64,000 bases of DNA from an uncultured Eubacteriales bacterium (GTDB taxonomy: Bacteria > Acidobacteriota > Aminicenantia > Aminicenantales > Aminicenantaceae). How positions within the stretch are numbered: the stretch's first letter is position 1; every line of letters begins with the position of its first letter. The stretch covers positions 5,568 to 69,567 of the forward strand of contig CAZDJZ010000011.1 in the NCBI GenBank assembly GCA_964505785.1, in the 5' to 3' direction. Made by a program: the position numbers and the translations under genes. The notes beneath the pieces were generated by a model. The model made no database searches. It worked only from the letters and a program-made list of their open reading frames with translations, and was not told the DNA's origin. This document shows positions 47,755 through 57,624 of the stretch, piece after piece.

Positions 47755-47790
47755 CGAAACTCCTTATTAGTTCGAAAACGGCACGTAAGG

Positions 47791-47909
47791 GTCGTCCTGA
47801 GGACGCGTTAGCGCCCAAAGGATCTTAAACTGCTTCGCATGATGGATAGGCCTACCGTCTCACCTGCCGATGCACTCTAAGATTCCCGTCGCTTCGCTTC
47901 GGGAATGAC
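47791..47909. repeat. family-B long-hairpin element (degenerate), preceded by TTAGTTCGAAAACG word
   Basis: gtcgtcctgagg...aaaggatcttaaac...ctctaagattccc...gggaatgac. The 14-mer ttagttcgaaaacg at 47767-47780 recurs at 30908-30921. Confidence 0.55.
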
Positions 47910-48070
47910 ATTTAGATCTCTGAACTGACACATCCGTGTTTTTCTGATGCATTAAAATGAAATTTTAACATAAATTACCGGACGGTTCATCTTTCATCTC
48001 CAGTAAGCTGGGGGTTTTTCTTGCTTGAAAGGCGTATTTATGTTAATTAAAAAGTATACATTCCCAGTAA

Positions 48071-49078
<1,008 letters not shown>

Positions 49079-49082
49079 TCAA

Positions 49083-50264
49083 ATGCTGTTTTTTACAGAC
49101 ATAGATTTGAAGGAAAAACTGATATTTATGCGGGTGGACTTCAATGTACCCCTGAATGACGCGGGAGATATTACGGATGACACCCGGGTCGAAGCGGCGC
49201 TGCCTACCATAAAACATCTGCTGGAACAAAAGGCCATGGTTGTTGCCGCTTCGCATTTGGGCAGGCCGAAGGGCAAGAAGGTTCCGGAACTCAGCCTCAA
49301 GCCGGTTGCAAAAAGATTATCACAGCTGCTTTCCCAAAACGTTGATATAGCGCCTGACTGCACCGGAGAAGACGTGGAAAACATGAAATCATCTCTTAAG
49401 CCCGGGCATGTTTTGCTGCTGGAAAATCTTCGCTTTGATAAAGGTGAAAAAGCCAATGATGACGATTTTGCCCGCAGCCTGGCTTCCGGCATTGATATTT
49501 TCATTAATGATGCATTTGCCGCATGCCACCGGGCCCATGCCTCCATTGTAGGCGTCCCCAAACATGTTAAAAAAGCGGCAGCCGGATTTCTGCTCAGGCA
49601 GGAAATCGATTATTTTGACCGCATTCTTCATGTCCCTCAGGAACCTTACCTGGCCATTCTGGGAGGAGCCAAAGTTTCCGATAAAATCCCGGTTATGGAA
49701 AATCTTTTGGATAGAGCGGATGACATTCTTATCGGAGGAGCTATGGCTTATACTTTTTTCGCTGCTCAAGGAAAAAAGACCGGTAAATCCTTAGTAGAAC
49801 ACGATAAGATCGATACTGCGTCAAAAATTCTGAAAACCGCCCAGCAAAAAAAAGTCACCATCCATTTACCCAAGGACCACATTATTGCTTCTTCTCCCGG
49901 TGAAAACGCTGAAGCGGAGACAGTTTCCTCTTTCCCCATTCCAGAGAATAAAATGGGAGTTGATATCGGCCCGGAAACCATCAAAGCATTTACCAGGATT
50001 ATTTCCCAGGCTAAAACTATTTTTTGGAATGGCCCCATGGGTGTTTTTGAAGTCAATGCGTTTTCAAAGGGAACGGCGGAAATCGCCAAAGCTGTCGCGA
50101 AATCTGGAGCCCTGTCCATAGTAGGCGGTGGAGACTCCGTTTCCGCTTTGAAGAAATCGGGAATGGCGGATCAAATTTCACATGTATCCACCGGCGGCGG
50201 AGCATCGCTGGAACTGATCGCCAATGAGACCCTCCCGGGCATAGAAGCACTTTCGGAGAAATGA
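49083..50264 (+). CDS. pgk: phosphoglycerate kinase
   Basis: RVDFNVP, HLGRPKG and STGGGASLE motifs. Confidence 0.97.
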   Translation: MLFFTDIDLKEKLIFMRVDFNVPLNDAGDITDDTRVEAALPTIKHLLEQKAMVVAASHLGRPKGKKVPELSLKPVAKRLSQLLSQNVDIAPDCTGEDVENMKSSLKPGHVLLLENLRFDKGEKANDDDFARSLASGIDIFINDAFAACHRAHASIVGVPKHVKKAAAGFLLRQEIDYFDRILHVPQEPYLAILGGAKVSDKIPVMENLLDRADDILIGGAMAYTFFAAQGKKTGKSLVEHDKIDTASKILKTAQQKKVTIHLPKDHIIASSPGENAEAETVSSFPIPENKMGVDIGPETIKAFTRIISQAKTIFWNGPMGVFEVNAFSKGTAEIAKAVAKSGALSIVGGGDSVSALKKSGMADQISHVSTGGGASLELIANETLPGIEALSEK

Positions 50265-51058
50265 ACATGACATTAACCAATAAAAAACCTTTTATCGCCG
50301 GGAACTGGAAACTGCATAAAACCAATACGGACGCCCTGGTTTTAGTCCGCGGCATCATGGAGGAAGTCAAAGATATATCAGCCGGTGATGCGGAAATCGT
50401 AGTGATGCCGCCTTTCACAGCTTTATCTCCTGTCGCCGGAGTTCTCAAGAGCAGCGGCATACAACTGGGTGCTCAAAATCTTTATTGGGAGGACGACGGC
50501 GCATTTACAGGGGAAATCTCAGGGCCAATGCTTAAAGACGCCGGGTGCCGTTTCGTAGTTGTCGGGCATTCCGAACGACGCCAATACTTCGGTGAAACCA
50601 ACCAAACCGTCAATAAAAAAGTTCAGGCAGCCATTTCTCACCAGCTCATCCCGGTCATGTGCATCGGAGAAACACTGGAGGAAAAAGAAGATAAGCAAAC
50701 TTTCCAAAAAGTTGAAACCCAAATCACCGAAGGGTTGGATCAAATCACGGCCGAACAAATCAGGAACATCATCATCGCGTATGAACCGATTTGGGCAATC
50801 GGGACCGGACGCACCGCTACACCTGAGCAGGCCGGAGAAGTCCATAGTTTTATCCGGGAAAAATTGAACGAAAAGTATGGAAAAGATTCAGGGGACTATG
50901 TTATAATCCTGTACGGCGGTTCGGTGAAGCCGAAAAACGCCTATTCGCTCATAAAAGAGAAGAACATTAACGGCGCTTTGATCGGTGGTGCTTCTTTAAA
51001 AGCCGGTTCATTCGCTGAAATCACTAAAGAAGCGATAAAAGCTTATAGAGAAAAGTAA
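50261..51058 (+). CDS. tpiA: triose-phosphate isomerase
   Basis: AGNWK, GHSERR and AYEPIWAIGTG motifs. The start is 50261 (ATGA overlap with pgk) or 50267. Confidence 0.96.
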   Translation: MNMTLTNKKPFIAGNWKLHKTNTDALVLVRGIMEEVKDISAGDAEIVVMPPFTALSPVAGVLKSSGIQLGAQNLYWEDDGAFTGEISGPMLKDAGCRFVVVGHSERRQYFGETNQTVNKKVQAAISHQLIPVMCIGETLEEKEDKQTFQKVETQITEGLDQITAEQIRNIIIAYEPIWAIGTGRTATPEQAGEVHSFIREKLNEKYGKDSGDYVIILYGGSVKPKNAYSLIKEKNINGALIGGASLKAGSFAEITKEAIKAYREK

Positions 51059-51063
51059 AAAAA

Positions 51064-51456
51064 ATGGTTACATTTATTACAATTATTCATGTTATTGTGA
51101 GTCTGGTTTTGATTGCAGCCGTGCTGCTCCAGTCCGGAAAAGCAGCCGACCTGGCCGGCGCCTTTGGCGGCGGAGGAAGTCAATCCACTTTCGGTCCCCG
51201 CGGAGGTCAAACTATTTTATCCAAAATGACCACCATCTGCGCAGTTCTTTTCATGTTGACTTCACTGGGTTTGTATATCATGTCCGCCCGCGGCACCCAA
51301 AGCCTTTTAAAAGACGAAGTTCCCCCGGTGGATAAAAAACCCGCTGCAGCAGAAACTACGGAAAAGAAAACTCAGCCGGGAGAAGAAAAGCAGGAGGAAA
51401 CCGAAGAAAAACAGCCGGAAACGAAAAAGCAAGAGGCTCAAACCGAAAAATCCTAA
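51064..51456 (+). CDS. secG: preprotein translocase subunit SecG (with extended charged C-terminus)
   Basis: N-terminal LLQSGKAADLAGAFGGGGSQSTFG motif. Canonical position after tpiA. Confidence 0.9.
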   Translation: MVTFITIIHVIVSLVLIAAVLLQSGKAADLAGAFGGGGSQSTFGPRGGQTILSKMTTICAVLFMLTSLGLYIMSARGTQSLLKDEVPPVDKKPAAAETTEKKTQPGEEKQEETEEKQPETKKQEAQTEKS

Positions 51457-51485
51457 CGATTTATTGACATTACTCTCCCCTGGAT

Positions 51486-51570
51486 GCCGAAGTGGTGGAA
51501 TTGGCAGACACGCATGGTTGAGGGCCATGTGGGCGTTAAGCCTGTGGGGGTTCGAATCCCCCCTTCGGCA
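51486..51570 (+). tRNA. tRNA-Leu (anticodon GAG), CCA not encoded
   Basis: Folded by hand. Acceptor GCCGAAG/CTTCGGC, anticodon stem CATGG/CCATG with loop TTGAGGG, a long variable arm, and T-arm GGGGG-TTCGAAT-CCCCC. Confidence 0.95.
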
Positions 51571-51719
51571 TTTTTAATCCTTCAATCACACTCCACCAGA
51601 CGTGCTAAAGTGCGCAGCAGCGAAGGATTTTATGCTGCCTCGCATCTGCGTCAATATCGACCGATGGAGAGTGCTTAATTTGCAATAAAGCAATAATTAT
51701 TCTTTATAAATATTCTTTA

Positions 51720-51748
51720 TTGACAAGCAGCTGAATTTATTATAAACT
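51720..51748 (+). promoter_or_regulatory. candidate sigma-70 promoter (TTGACA-N15-TATAAA / N17-TAAACT)
   Basis: ttgacaagcagctgaatttattataaact, about 200 nt upstream of the peroxiredoxin ATG and preceded by the direct repeat attctttat x2. Confidence 0.4.
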
Positions 51749-51768
51749 TTTTATCATTGTGATGAATT

Positions 51769-51917
51769 AACCTGGATTGTTCATGGGCCGAGATTGCCGC
51801 AGATACGGTTAGATCCGGCCCTCCTGAAAATGATTTATGTGTATACTACACCCGGAACAATGAAAATGAATCCATCTTCCGTCCTGGCGGGTCATTTTCC
51901 AAGTAATAACCCAGGTT
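51769..51917. mobile_element. candidate MITE-like unit bounded by inverted family-A ends, in the peroxiredoxin 5' leader
   Basis: The left end is aacctggattgttcatgggccgagattgccgcaga (51769-51803). The right end gtcctggcgggtcattttccaagtaataacccaggtt (51881-51917) reverse-complements to aacctgggttattacttgg.... Confidence 0.45.
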
Positions 51918-51948
51918 GATAGCAAATATTACTTAAGGAGGTTTTAAC

Positions 51949-52587
51949 ATGGAAAATCGAATTCCATTAATCGGAGAAAAATTCCCTGAGCTAAAAGTCA
52001 TGACAACCCATGGCGTAATGAATCTGCCGCAGGCTTATTCAGGAAAATGGTTCATTTTATTTTCCCACCCTGCGGATTTTACTCCTGTATGCACAACTGA
52101 ATTTGTTGCTTTTCAGAAACGGTACGATGAATTTCAAAAATTGAACACCGAGCTCATCGGCCTTAGCATCGACCAGGTTTTCTCCCACATCAAATGGGTC
52201 CAGTGGATTAAAGAAAATCTCAAAGAAGAAATCAAATTTCCCATCATCGCAGACCATGGAAACGCATCTAGAACACTGGGTTTAGTTCACGAAGCCAAGG
52301 GGACCAATACGGTCCGGGCGGTTTTTATTGTGGATCCTAAAGGCATTATCCGGGCCATGCTTTATTATCCTCAGGAACTGGGACGCAATATGGATGAAAT
52401 TGTGCGCATGATCAAAGGATTCCAGGTTGCAGAAAAAAACGGTGTCGCAATTCCCGCCAATTGGCCTAATAATGAATTGATCAAGGACAACGTTATCATT
52501 CCGCCTCCTACGGATGAAAAAACCGCTAAAGAACGCATGAAGCAAAAAGATTGTTTTGACTGGTGGTTCTGTCACAAAAAACTGTAG
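51949..52587 (+). CDS. peroxiredoxin (Prx6/1-Cys-like, AhpC/TSA family)
   Basis: [18 protein letters not shown] peroxidatic-Cys motif. 212 aa. RBS taaggagg. Confidence 0.93.
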   Translation: MENRIPLIGEKFPELKVMTTHGVMNLPQAYSGKWFILFSHPADFTPVCTTEFVAFQKRYDEFQKLNTELIGLSIDQVFSHIKWVQWIKENLKEEIKFPIIADHGNASRTLGLVHEAKGTNTVRAVFIVDPKGIIRAMLYYPQELGRNMDEIVRMIKGFQVAEKNGVAIPANWPNNELIKDNVIIPPPTDEKTAKERMKQKDCFDWWFCHKKL

Positions 52588-52617
52588 TTCATTTTCCCGT
52601 TTAAATTAGTATTCTAA

Positions 52618-52657
52618 GGGGGCGGCTGGTTATCCCTGGTTCAGCCGTCCCCTTTAT
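52618..52657 (+). terminator. candidate rho-independent terminator after the peroxiredoxin gene
   Basis: GGGGCGGCTG-gttatccctggtt-CAGCCGtCCCC followed by TTTATTAT. Confidence 0.6.
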
Positions 52658-52707
52658 TATACCCGCCTCACACAACCCCCATATTATTCCCTAAGCGGAA
52701 ACCCTAT

Positions 52708-52760
52708 GTCATCCTGAGGCACAAAACGACGAAAGGGTCTCACAGGTTAGAAAGCCTCCG
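52708..52760. repeat. family-B left-arm fragment
   Basis: gtcatcctgaggcacaaaacgacgaaagggtctcacagg. Confidence 0.5.
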
Positions 52761-52774
52761 GATGGCTCATAAGG

Positions 52775-52801
52775 GATTTTTTGATTTTTGATTTTTGATT
52801 T
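52775..52801. repeat. 8-nt tandem tract (TTTTTGAT x3)
   Basis: gattttttgatttttgatttttgattt, the reverse complement of the tract at 45628-45651. Confidence 0.85.
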
Positions 52802-52865
52802 AATAAAATAACATCTTGCTTTATACTTTTCACTTTTACTCCACGAAGAAAAGGAGGTATGTATT

Positions 52866-53822
52866 ATGAAACTGGATGAATTATACAAATCAGCCGTATC
52901 CATCGGTATTAATAACGACCTGAGAGGAGAAAATGAAATCAAACGGATTCTTAAAGAAGAAAAAGAAACCTTCAAGAATCTAAAAAAAGAAGACAAAGAA
53001 TATTATGATAATGACCGTCTGTTCAATCCTTTTTCCGATTCCCGCATTCTGAATGGAGACCCTGAAACAGATATCAAAAAAATTCTCATCGGTATTGACA
53101 TGGAAACCGCGGAAATCCTGCTGGCGCAGCAATTGAATCAGATATCCAGCGCAAAAATTGACTTGATCATCGCTCACCATCCTGAAGGCTATGCCCTGGC
53201 CCAACTTTATGACGTAATGAAGCTGCAGTCAGACCTTCTGGTCCAATTCGGTGTCACCGTCAGTGTGGCGGAACAGCTGCTGGAAAAGCGCATCAGTGAA
53301 GTCGAATGCCGCCTTCTTCCCGCCAACCATAACCGGGCTGTAGATGCAGCCAAAGCTTTGGGATTCCCCATGATGTGCCTGCATACACCGGCTGATAATT
53401 GCGTAACCCGTTATCTGAAGGATCTTTTCGAAAAGGAAAAGCCTCAAAAAATAAAAGATATCATAAAGATTTTAAATGACATTCCGGAATATCAAAAAGC
53501 CCGGCATCTGCAGATTGCTCCAAAAATTGTCAGCGGCTCAGAAAATAATTCTTGCGGAAAAATATTCGTAGACATGACCGGAGGAACCGGAGGATCTGAA
53601 GACATTTACGACAAGTTCGCTGCCTCCGGCGTCAGCACATTAGTGGGAATGCATATCGGTGAAAAACATCTTGAGAATGCAAAAAAAGCTCATTTAAATG
53701 TCGTGATCGCAGGTCATATCGCCAGTGACACTCTCGGACTGAATTTGCTGTTCGACCAAATTGAAAAAAAAGAAAAGCTCGATTTCGTCGGGGTTTCTGG
53801 GTTTGAAAGAATCCGAAGATAA
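52866..53822 (+). CDS. NIF3 (NGG1p-interacting factor 3) family dinuclear-metal protein
   Basis: LIIAHHPEG, CLHTPADN and VIAGHIASD match the His/Asp metal-ligand pattern of the NIF3/YbgI family. 318 aa. Confidence 0.65.
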   Translation: MKLDELYKSAVSIGINNDLRGENEIKRILKEEKETFKNLKKEDKEYYDNDRLFNPFSDSRILNGDPETDIKKILIGIDMETAEILLAQQLNQISSAKIDLIIAHHPEGYALAQLYDVMKLQSDLLVQFGVTVSVAEQLLEKRISEVECRLLPANHNRAVDAAKALGFPMMCLHTPADNCVTRYLKDLFEKEKPQKIKDIIKILNDIPEYQKARHLQIAPKIVSGSENNSCGKIFVDMTGGTGGSEDIYDKFAASGVSTLVGMHIGEKHLENAKKAHLNVVIAGHIASDTLGLNLLFDQIEKKEKLDFVGVSGFERIRR

Positions 53823-53828
53823 GGAAAG

Positions 53829-53909
53829 GTGCTGGCTGTTGGGTATGGGGAAAATAAGCAAAAAGGGGATAATGAAGGAGGGTTATTAAAAATCTTACCC
53901 AGCCAGCAC
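53829..53909. other. long-range hairpin (9+5 bp stem, ~50-nt loop) 7 nt after the NIF3 stop
   Basis: GTGCTGGCTgttGGGTA ... TACCCAGCCAGCAC. Confidence 0.5.
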
Positions 53910-54035
53910 AATAAGATTTGATACTATTATAGCAAACATTTTCCCAAAATCAACCCCTCTGATTCAAATTATTTCATTTTTTTTAACTTTTTTTGAATGA
54001 CATCCTATGTCACCGTGAATGTGCAATAACATGAA

Positions 54036-54065
54036 ATCGCAATTTTTTTAGGAATAATTCAGGCT
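54036..54065 (-). repeat. family-A repeat, A-tract variant
   Basis: atcgcaatttttttaggaataattcaggct. Confidence 0.65.
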
Positions 54066-54094
54066 GATAATCAAGGCTAATCAATGGGCCCGAT

Positions 54095-55615
54095 TTAATG
54101 ACGGTGGATGTCCCGGTGCAGAATTTCACGGATTTCTTCCGGCTTTTTCAAGGAAGAAAAATCCACATGTTCCTGGTTTAGATTATTTATCATATATTCA
54201 ATCACACCCGGCGGAAAGATATTGTCCCGTTCATACAGCTGCCGCTTCTTTTCCAAAACGACAGCGGATTCAGCACAGCTTGCAGGTAAAGATTTGAATT
54301 TTTTTCTTTTATCATCCGACCAGGTTGTCCCTTTAACATAAAGCTTTTCAGCCATGGCCGCTGCTTCATCATGCTGAAATCCCCAATCCGCCGCCATGGT
54401 GATTCCCGCCAGCAGCAAATGGACCATCGCGCTGCCATCCGGGCTGCGGAGTTCTACGGTTTTGCTGTCTTCCCATTCTTCCAGCCGGGTGGATTCTTGC
54501 GGATTGACTTTGCGTGCCAAGTCTTGCTTATCCGACCAGGCCAGCGGTATACGGATTAAGGCATCCCGGTTCAGCCCGCTCCAAAAAATCCGGGTGGGGG
54601 CTTCCTGATCCGGCACCAGGCGGAAATAGGACGAGGCGACAGTATTACCAAATGCGGTCAGGGAATCCGCATACTCGCATAAACCGCCGACCAGCCTTTC
54701 AGCTTCTTTAGAAAGGCGGCCGTCCGCCCGCCGCATAATATTTTTTCCATTCTTATTCAATTGCAGATGAAAATGATATCCGTTGCCGGCAATCCCGGTT
54801 TCCAGCTTCGGCGCAAAAGTAACAGAGCATCCATTCCGGTACGCGATATTCCGGATCAACCATCGTGCCACCACCAAAGCATCGGCCATTTCTTCAGCCG
54901 GGCGGGGAAGAAACTCAACCTCTAATTGCTCGGCTTGCTTTCCGTTTATTTCATCCATGTCTGATTCCAGTTTCTCAATATGGCCGACTTCACTATGCGC
55001 ATACTTGACCGCACTGGTGATCTGGGTGATATGCCTTAGGATCTCCTTTAAAATCCGTCCGCTTTTTATAAACGGAGAAGATTCATGATAACCTCGTTGG
55101 CTTTCCAGAGAAAACAGGGTTTTTTCCTTATCAAAAATAAGATAAAACTCCAACTCACCTAAAGCAAAAAGCTCCAGCCCCGTGTTTTGTTTGAACAGAA
55201 TGCAGGCATTATGCAGAATAGTGTCGGGAGCAAAGCGTGCCCGCTCCCCGTCTTTGGTAAAATAGCGGCAGATGAAATTCAAGCTTTTTTCATCAAAGGG
55301 ATTCAAAAAAGCGGATTTATAGTCGGGCACAACATAAAGATCGGAAAGCGATGATTCCACCATTCCCTTAAATAAGCTGGACCCGTCCACTCTCTCTCCC
55401 TGGGTCAAAATGACCTCAGCCCGGCGTCTGTCCGGGACAGGGAGGTTCAATTCCTTTAACCGCCCATCCAGAGCAATGTAGTGGAAGGTGATGCGTTCGA
55501 TTTGTTTTTCTTCGATGATTTCCAATAAATCCGACCGCTGAAACTCATTTGGATATTTATTCAAAAGTTGAGACAGCGGATTTGTTAATGCGTATGAAAA
55601 TTGAGACGTAGTCAT
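54095..55615 (-). CDS. glutamine synthetase family protein (glutamate--amine ligase-like, substrate unknown)
   Basis: 506 aa. N-terminal beta-grasp-like domain and a catalytic core with SVTFAPKLETGIAGNGYHFHLQL (compare GS ...GSGMHxHxSL). Confidence 0.75.
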   Translation of the reverse strand: MTTSQFSYALTNPLSQLLNKYPNEFQRSDLLEIIEEKQIERITFHYIALDGRLKELNLPVPDRRRAEVILTQGERVDGSSLFKGMVESSLSDLYVVPDYKSAFLNPFDEKSLNFICRYFTKDGERARFAPDTILHNACILFKQNTGLELFALGELEFYLIFDKEKTLFSLESQRGYHESSPFIKSGRILKEILRHITQITSAVKYAHSEVGHIEKLESDMDEINGKQAEQLEVEFLPRPAEEMADALVVARWLIRNIAYRNGCSVTFAPKLETGIAGNGYHFHLQLNKNGKNIMRRADGRLSKEAERLVGGLCEYADSLTAFGNTVASSYFRLVPDQEAPTRIFWSGLNRDALIRIPLAWSDKQDLARKVNPQESTRLEEWEDSKTVELRSPDGSAMVHLLLAGITMAADWGFQHDEAAAMAEKLYVKGTTWSDDKRKKFKSLPASCAESAVVLEKKRQLYERDNIFPPGVIEYMINNLNQEHVDFSSLKKPEEIREILHRDIHRH

Positions 55616-55724
55616 TATTCAACTCCCAGACTTTTTTATTAATATGAATGAGCGTCTATTTTACATTCCTATATTCCATTTGTCGAGGATTGACAAAACT
55701 AATCTATCCCTTAACCTGAATGAA

Positions 55725-56825
55725 TCAGGAAAGATCCGATAAGGCCTTCTCCAGCCGCTTCAATCCCTCACCCAGCTCATCCGCATCCGCGCCGAATCCA
55801 ATCCGGAAATAACGGGGATTCATTTCAAAACACCGGCCCGGAACGATAAAAGTCCTGTGCTTTTCTGCCGCCATGCGGAAAAACTCTTCCGGATCAATGC
55901 CAATTTCCTGTTTAAGCCGGGGAAAACAGACTACCCCAGCTTCAGGTGGAATCCACTCTAGAGCGGATTGCCGCTCCATCCACTCTTTTAGTACAGCCAG
56001 GTTGGTTTGAATGCGCTGCCGTGCTCTCTCCAGATAGAATTCCTTGTCCTCCAGCACCCTGGCTGTAATCACTTCGCTTAGAGCATTATTGGAAATACTG
56101 ACCTGCTCCCTGACAGCAACACAGTGATCAATCCAGCTGCGGTTCCGGGATGCCATCCATCCTGTGCGGATTCCGGGAAGGCCGTAACATTTCGACATGC
56201 TGGTGATACTGACGGCATTTTCACTTAATACGGCTGCCGGCGGAAGCATGGCCTCGCTCGGGGCCAGGAATTGGTAGGTTTCATCGCTTAATAATGGGAT
56301 TCCATGATTTTCAGCCATGGCGATGATATTATCCAGGTCATCGCGGCTTATCATCGACCCCGTCGGATTATTGGGATGCGTGATGCTGATCAACTTTGTA
56401 TCCGGACGGATCATCTTTTCCAGCTCATCCAAATCAGGCCGGAATTTGTTTTCATAACGCAGCGTGAACAGGGAAACATCACAGCCCAAAGACCGGGGCA
56501 CCTCATACAAAGACGGATAATTCGGATGTTCAATGATTACATGTTCACCAGGATTCACCAGAGCCGACACCACAGCAAAATTCGCTTCACTTGCACCAGT
56601 GGTCACCAGAATATTATCCGCGTTCAACCCTTCATACTGTCCGGCTATAATGTTTCTCAGCTCCGGCTTTCCCCGGTGATAACCATAGCGGAGCCGGACA
56701 TCATTTAAAGCGACCGGGACCGCGCCCAGGGGAAGAGTTTTGACTGCGCTCTCCCCTTCATCATAATCAATTTCATACTGATATGTATCGAACCAGATTT
56801 CCAATTCCATTCGTTTATACCACAT
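55725..56825 (-). CDS. class I/II PLP-dependent aminotransferase (paralogue of 25394-26521)
   Basis: SMSKCYGLPGIRTGW PLP-lysine motif. The start is moved to the ATG at 56825 (RBS AAGGAGA 6 nt upstream), because the track N-terminus MRSFASLRMT... is translated family-B repeat. Confidence 0.85.
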   Translation of the reverse strand: MWYKRMELEIWFDTYQYEIDYDEGESAVKTLPLGAVPVALNDVRLRYGYHRGKPELRNIIAGQYEGLNADNILVTTGASEANFAVVSALVNPGEHVIIEHPNYPSLYEVPRSLGCDVSLFTLRYENKFRPDLDELEKMIRPDTKLISITHPNNPTGSMISRDDLDNIIAMAENHGIPLLSDETYQFLAPSEAMLPPAAVLSENAVSITSMSKCYGLPGIRTGWMASRNRSWIDHCVAVREQVSISNNALSEVITARVLEDKEFYLERARQRIQTNLAVLKEWMERQSALEWIPPEAGVVCFPRLKQEIGIDPEEFFRMAAEKHRTFIVPGRCFEMNPRYFRIGFGADADELGEGLKRLEKALSDLS

Positions 56826-56853
56826 TCCGTTTCTCCTTATTGAAACACATAAT

Positions 56854-56890
56854 GTCATCCTGAGCGAAGCGAAGGATCTCAAACTGCCTC
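56854..56890. repeat. family-B left-arm fragment
   Basis: gtcatcctgagcgaagcgaaggatctcaaactgcctcg. Confidence 0.6.
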
Positions 56891-56902
56891 GTTATAAAAA
56901 TT

Positions 56903-56962
56903 GTAAAGAGTGAAGAGTAAAGAGAAAAAATCAGAGAAAAGTGAGAAGTAAAAAGTGAAAAG
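56903..56962. repeat. purine-rich degenerate tract (GTAAAGAG / GTGAAGAG / AAAGTGA units)
   Basis: gtaaagagtgaagagtaaagagaaaaaatcagagaaaagtgagaagtaaaaagtgaaaag. Related words occur at 33937-33960, 34921-34945, 45598-45617 and 5891-5915. Confidence 0.8.
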
Positions 56963-56992
56963 TTATCCTATTAAATTAAAATGACTTAATGC

Positions 56993-57609
56993 ACCTGAAT
57001 TATTCACAAGCCGAGATTGCGGCAAATGCGAGGCGCAGAGATTTCAAAAAATAATCCTCGAAATAAAACAGATTGAACAATGAGGAAATGAGGAGTATGA
57101 ATAGAAATAGATGGACATATACAGCCCTGGTCTGGTTTTTTTTGAAGTCACAGGGGATTGATTATATGATACTTTATAGACGGTGAAAATGAATCCACAT
57201 GCTAAATACTACCTAACCTGGATTATTCACGGGCCGAGATTGCCGCAGACGACGGCAATACGTTAATTTATTGTCGTTCTGAGGAGCATAGCGACAAAGG
57301 ATCTTAGACGGCGCTTGCACGAGAAGACGATGACGCTTCATTCAGCGAAAAAGTCTAAGATCCTCACGGCCTGCCGGCGCAGGCCTCAGGACGACATTGA
57401 TTCAATCAAGGTCGTCACTTCACTGCGACGAGCTGCAAACCGGAAGATGCGGTGAGATTCGGCTCGCCCGAAGGGGTGAAAAATTGCGGTTATAATTTAA
57501 GGAGGCAAATGAAAAACTTTCAATTTGAACTTTTAATTAAAATCATGTTAATCGCTGATAAAAAAGTTTTTGCAAAAACATCGCAATTTTTTTATGAATA
57601 ATTCAGGCT
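56993..57609. mobile_element. composite repeat region bounded by inverted family-A copies (56993 + / 57579 -), with a nested family-A copy (57215 +) and a full family-B hairpin (57273-57395)
   Basis: The left end is acctgaattattcacaagccgagattgcggcaaa. The inner copy is aacctggattattcacgggccgagattgccgcagac. The right end is catcgcaatttttttatgaataattcaggct. No ORF of 60 aa or more is present. Confidence 0.4.
57273..57395. repeat. family-B long-hairpin element (best copy)
   Basis: Outer stem GTCGTTCTGAGG / CCTCAGGACGAC (11 of 12 bp plus one G-U). Inner stem AGGATCTTAGAC / GTCTAAGATCCT (12 of 12 bp). Confidence 0.8.
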
Positions 57610-57624
57610 AAAAAGGAGTGACGG

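Noticed and set aside
53955-53984. Possible very diverged left-end family-A copy (cccctctgattcaaattatttcatttttttt) pairing with 54036-54065
   Set aside because: The similarity needs several indels and is not distinguishable from the AT-rich background by eye, so I did not count it as a copy.
56826-56882. N-terminal extension MRSFASLRMTLCVSIRRNG of the aminotransferase
   Set aside because: The sequence is translated family-B repeat (gtcatcctgagcgaagcgaaggatct). A strong AAGGAGA RBS precedes the internal ATG at 56825, and the paralogue aligns from there.
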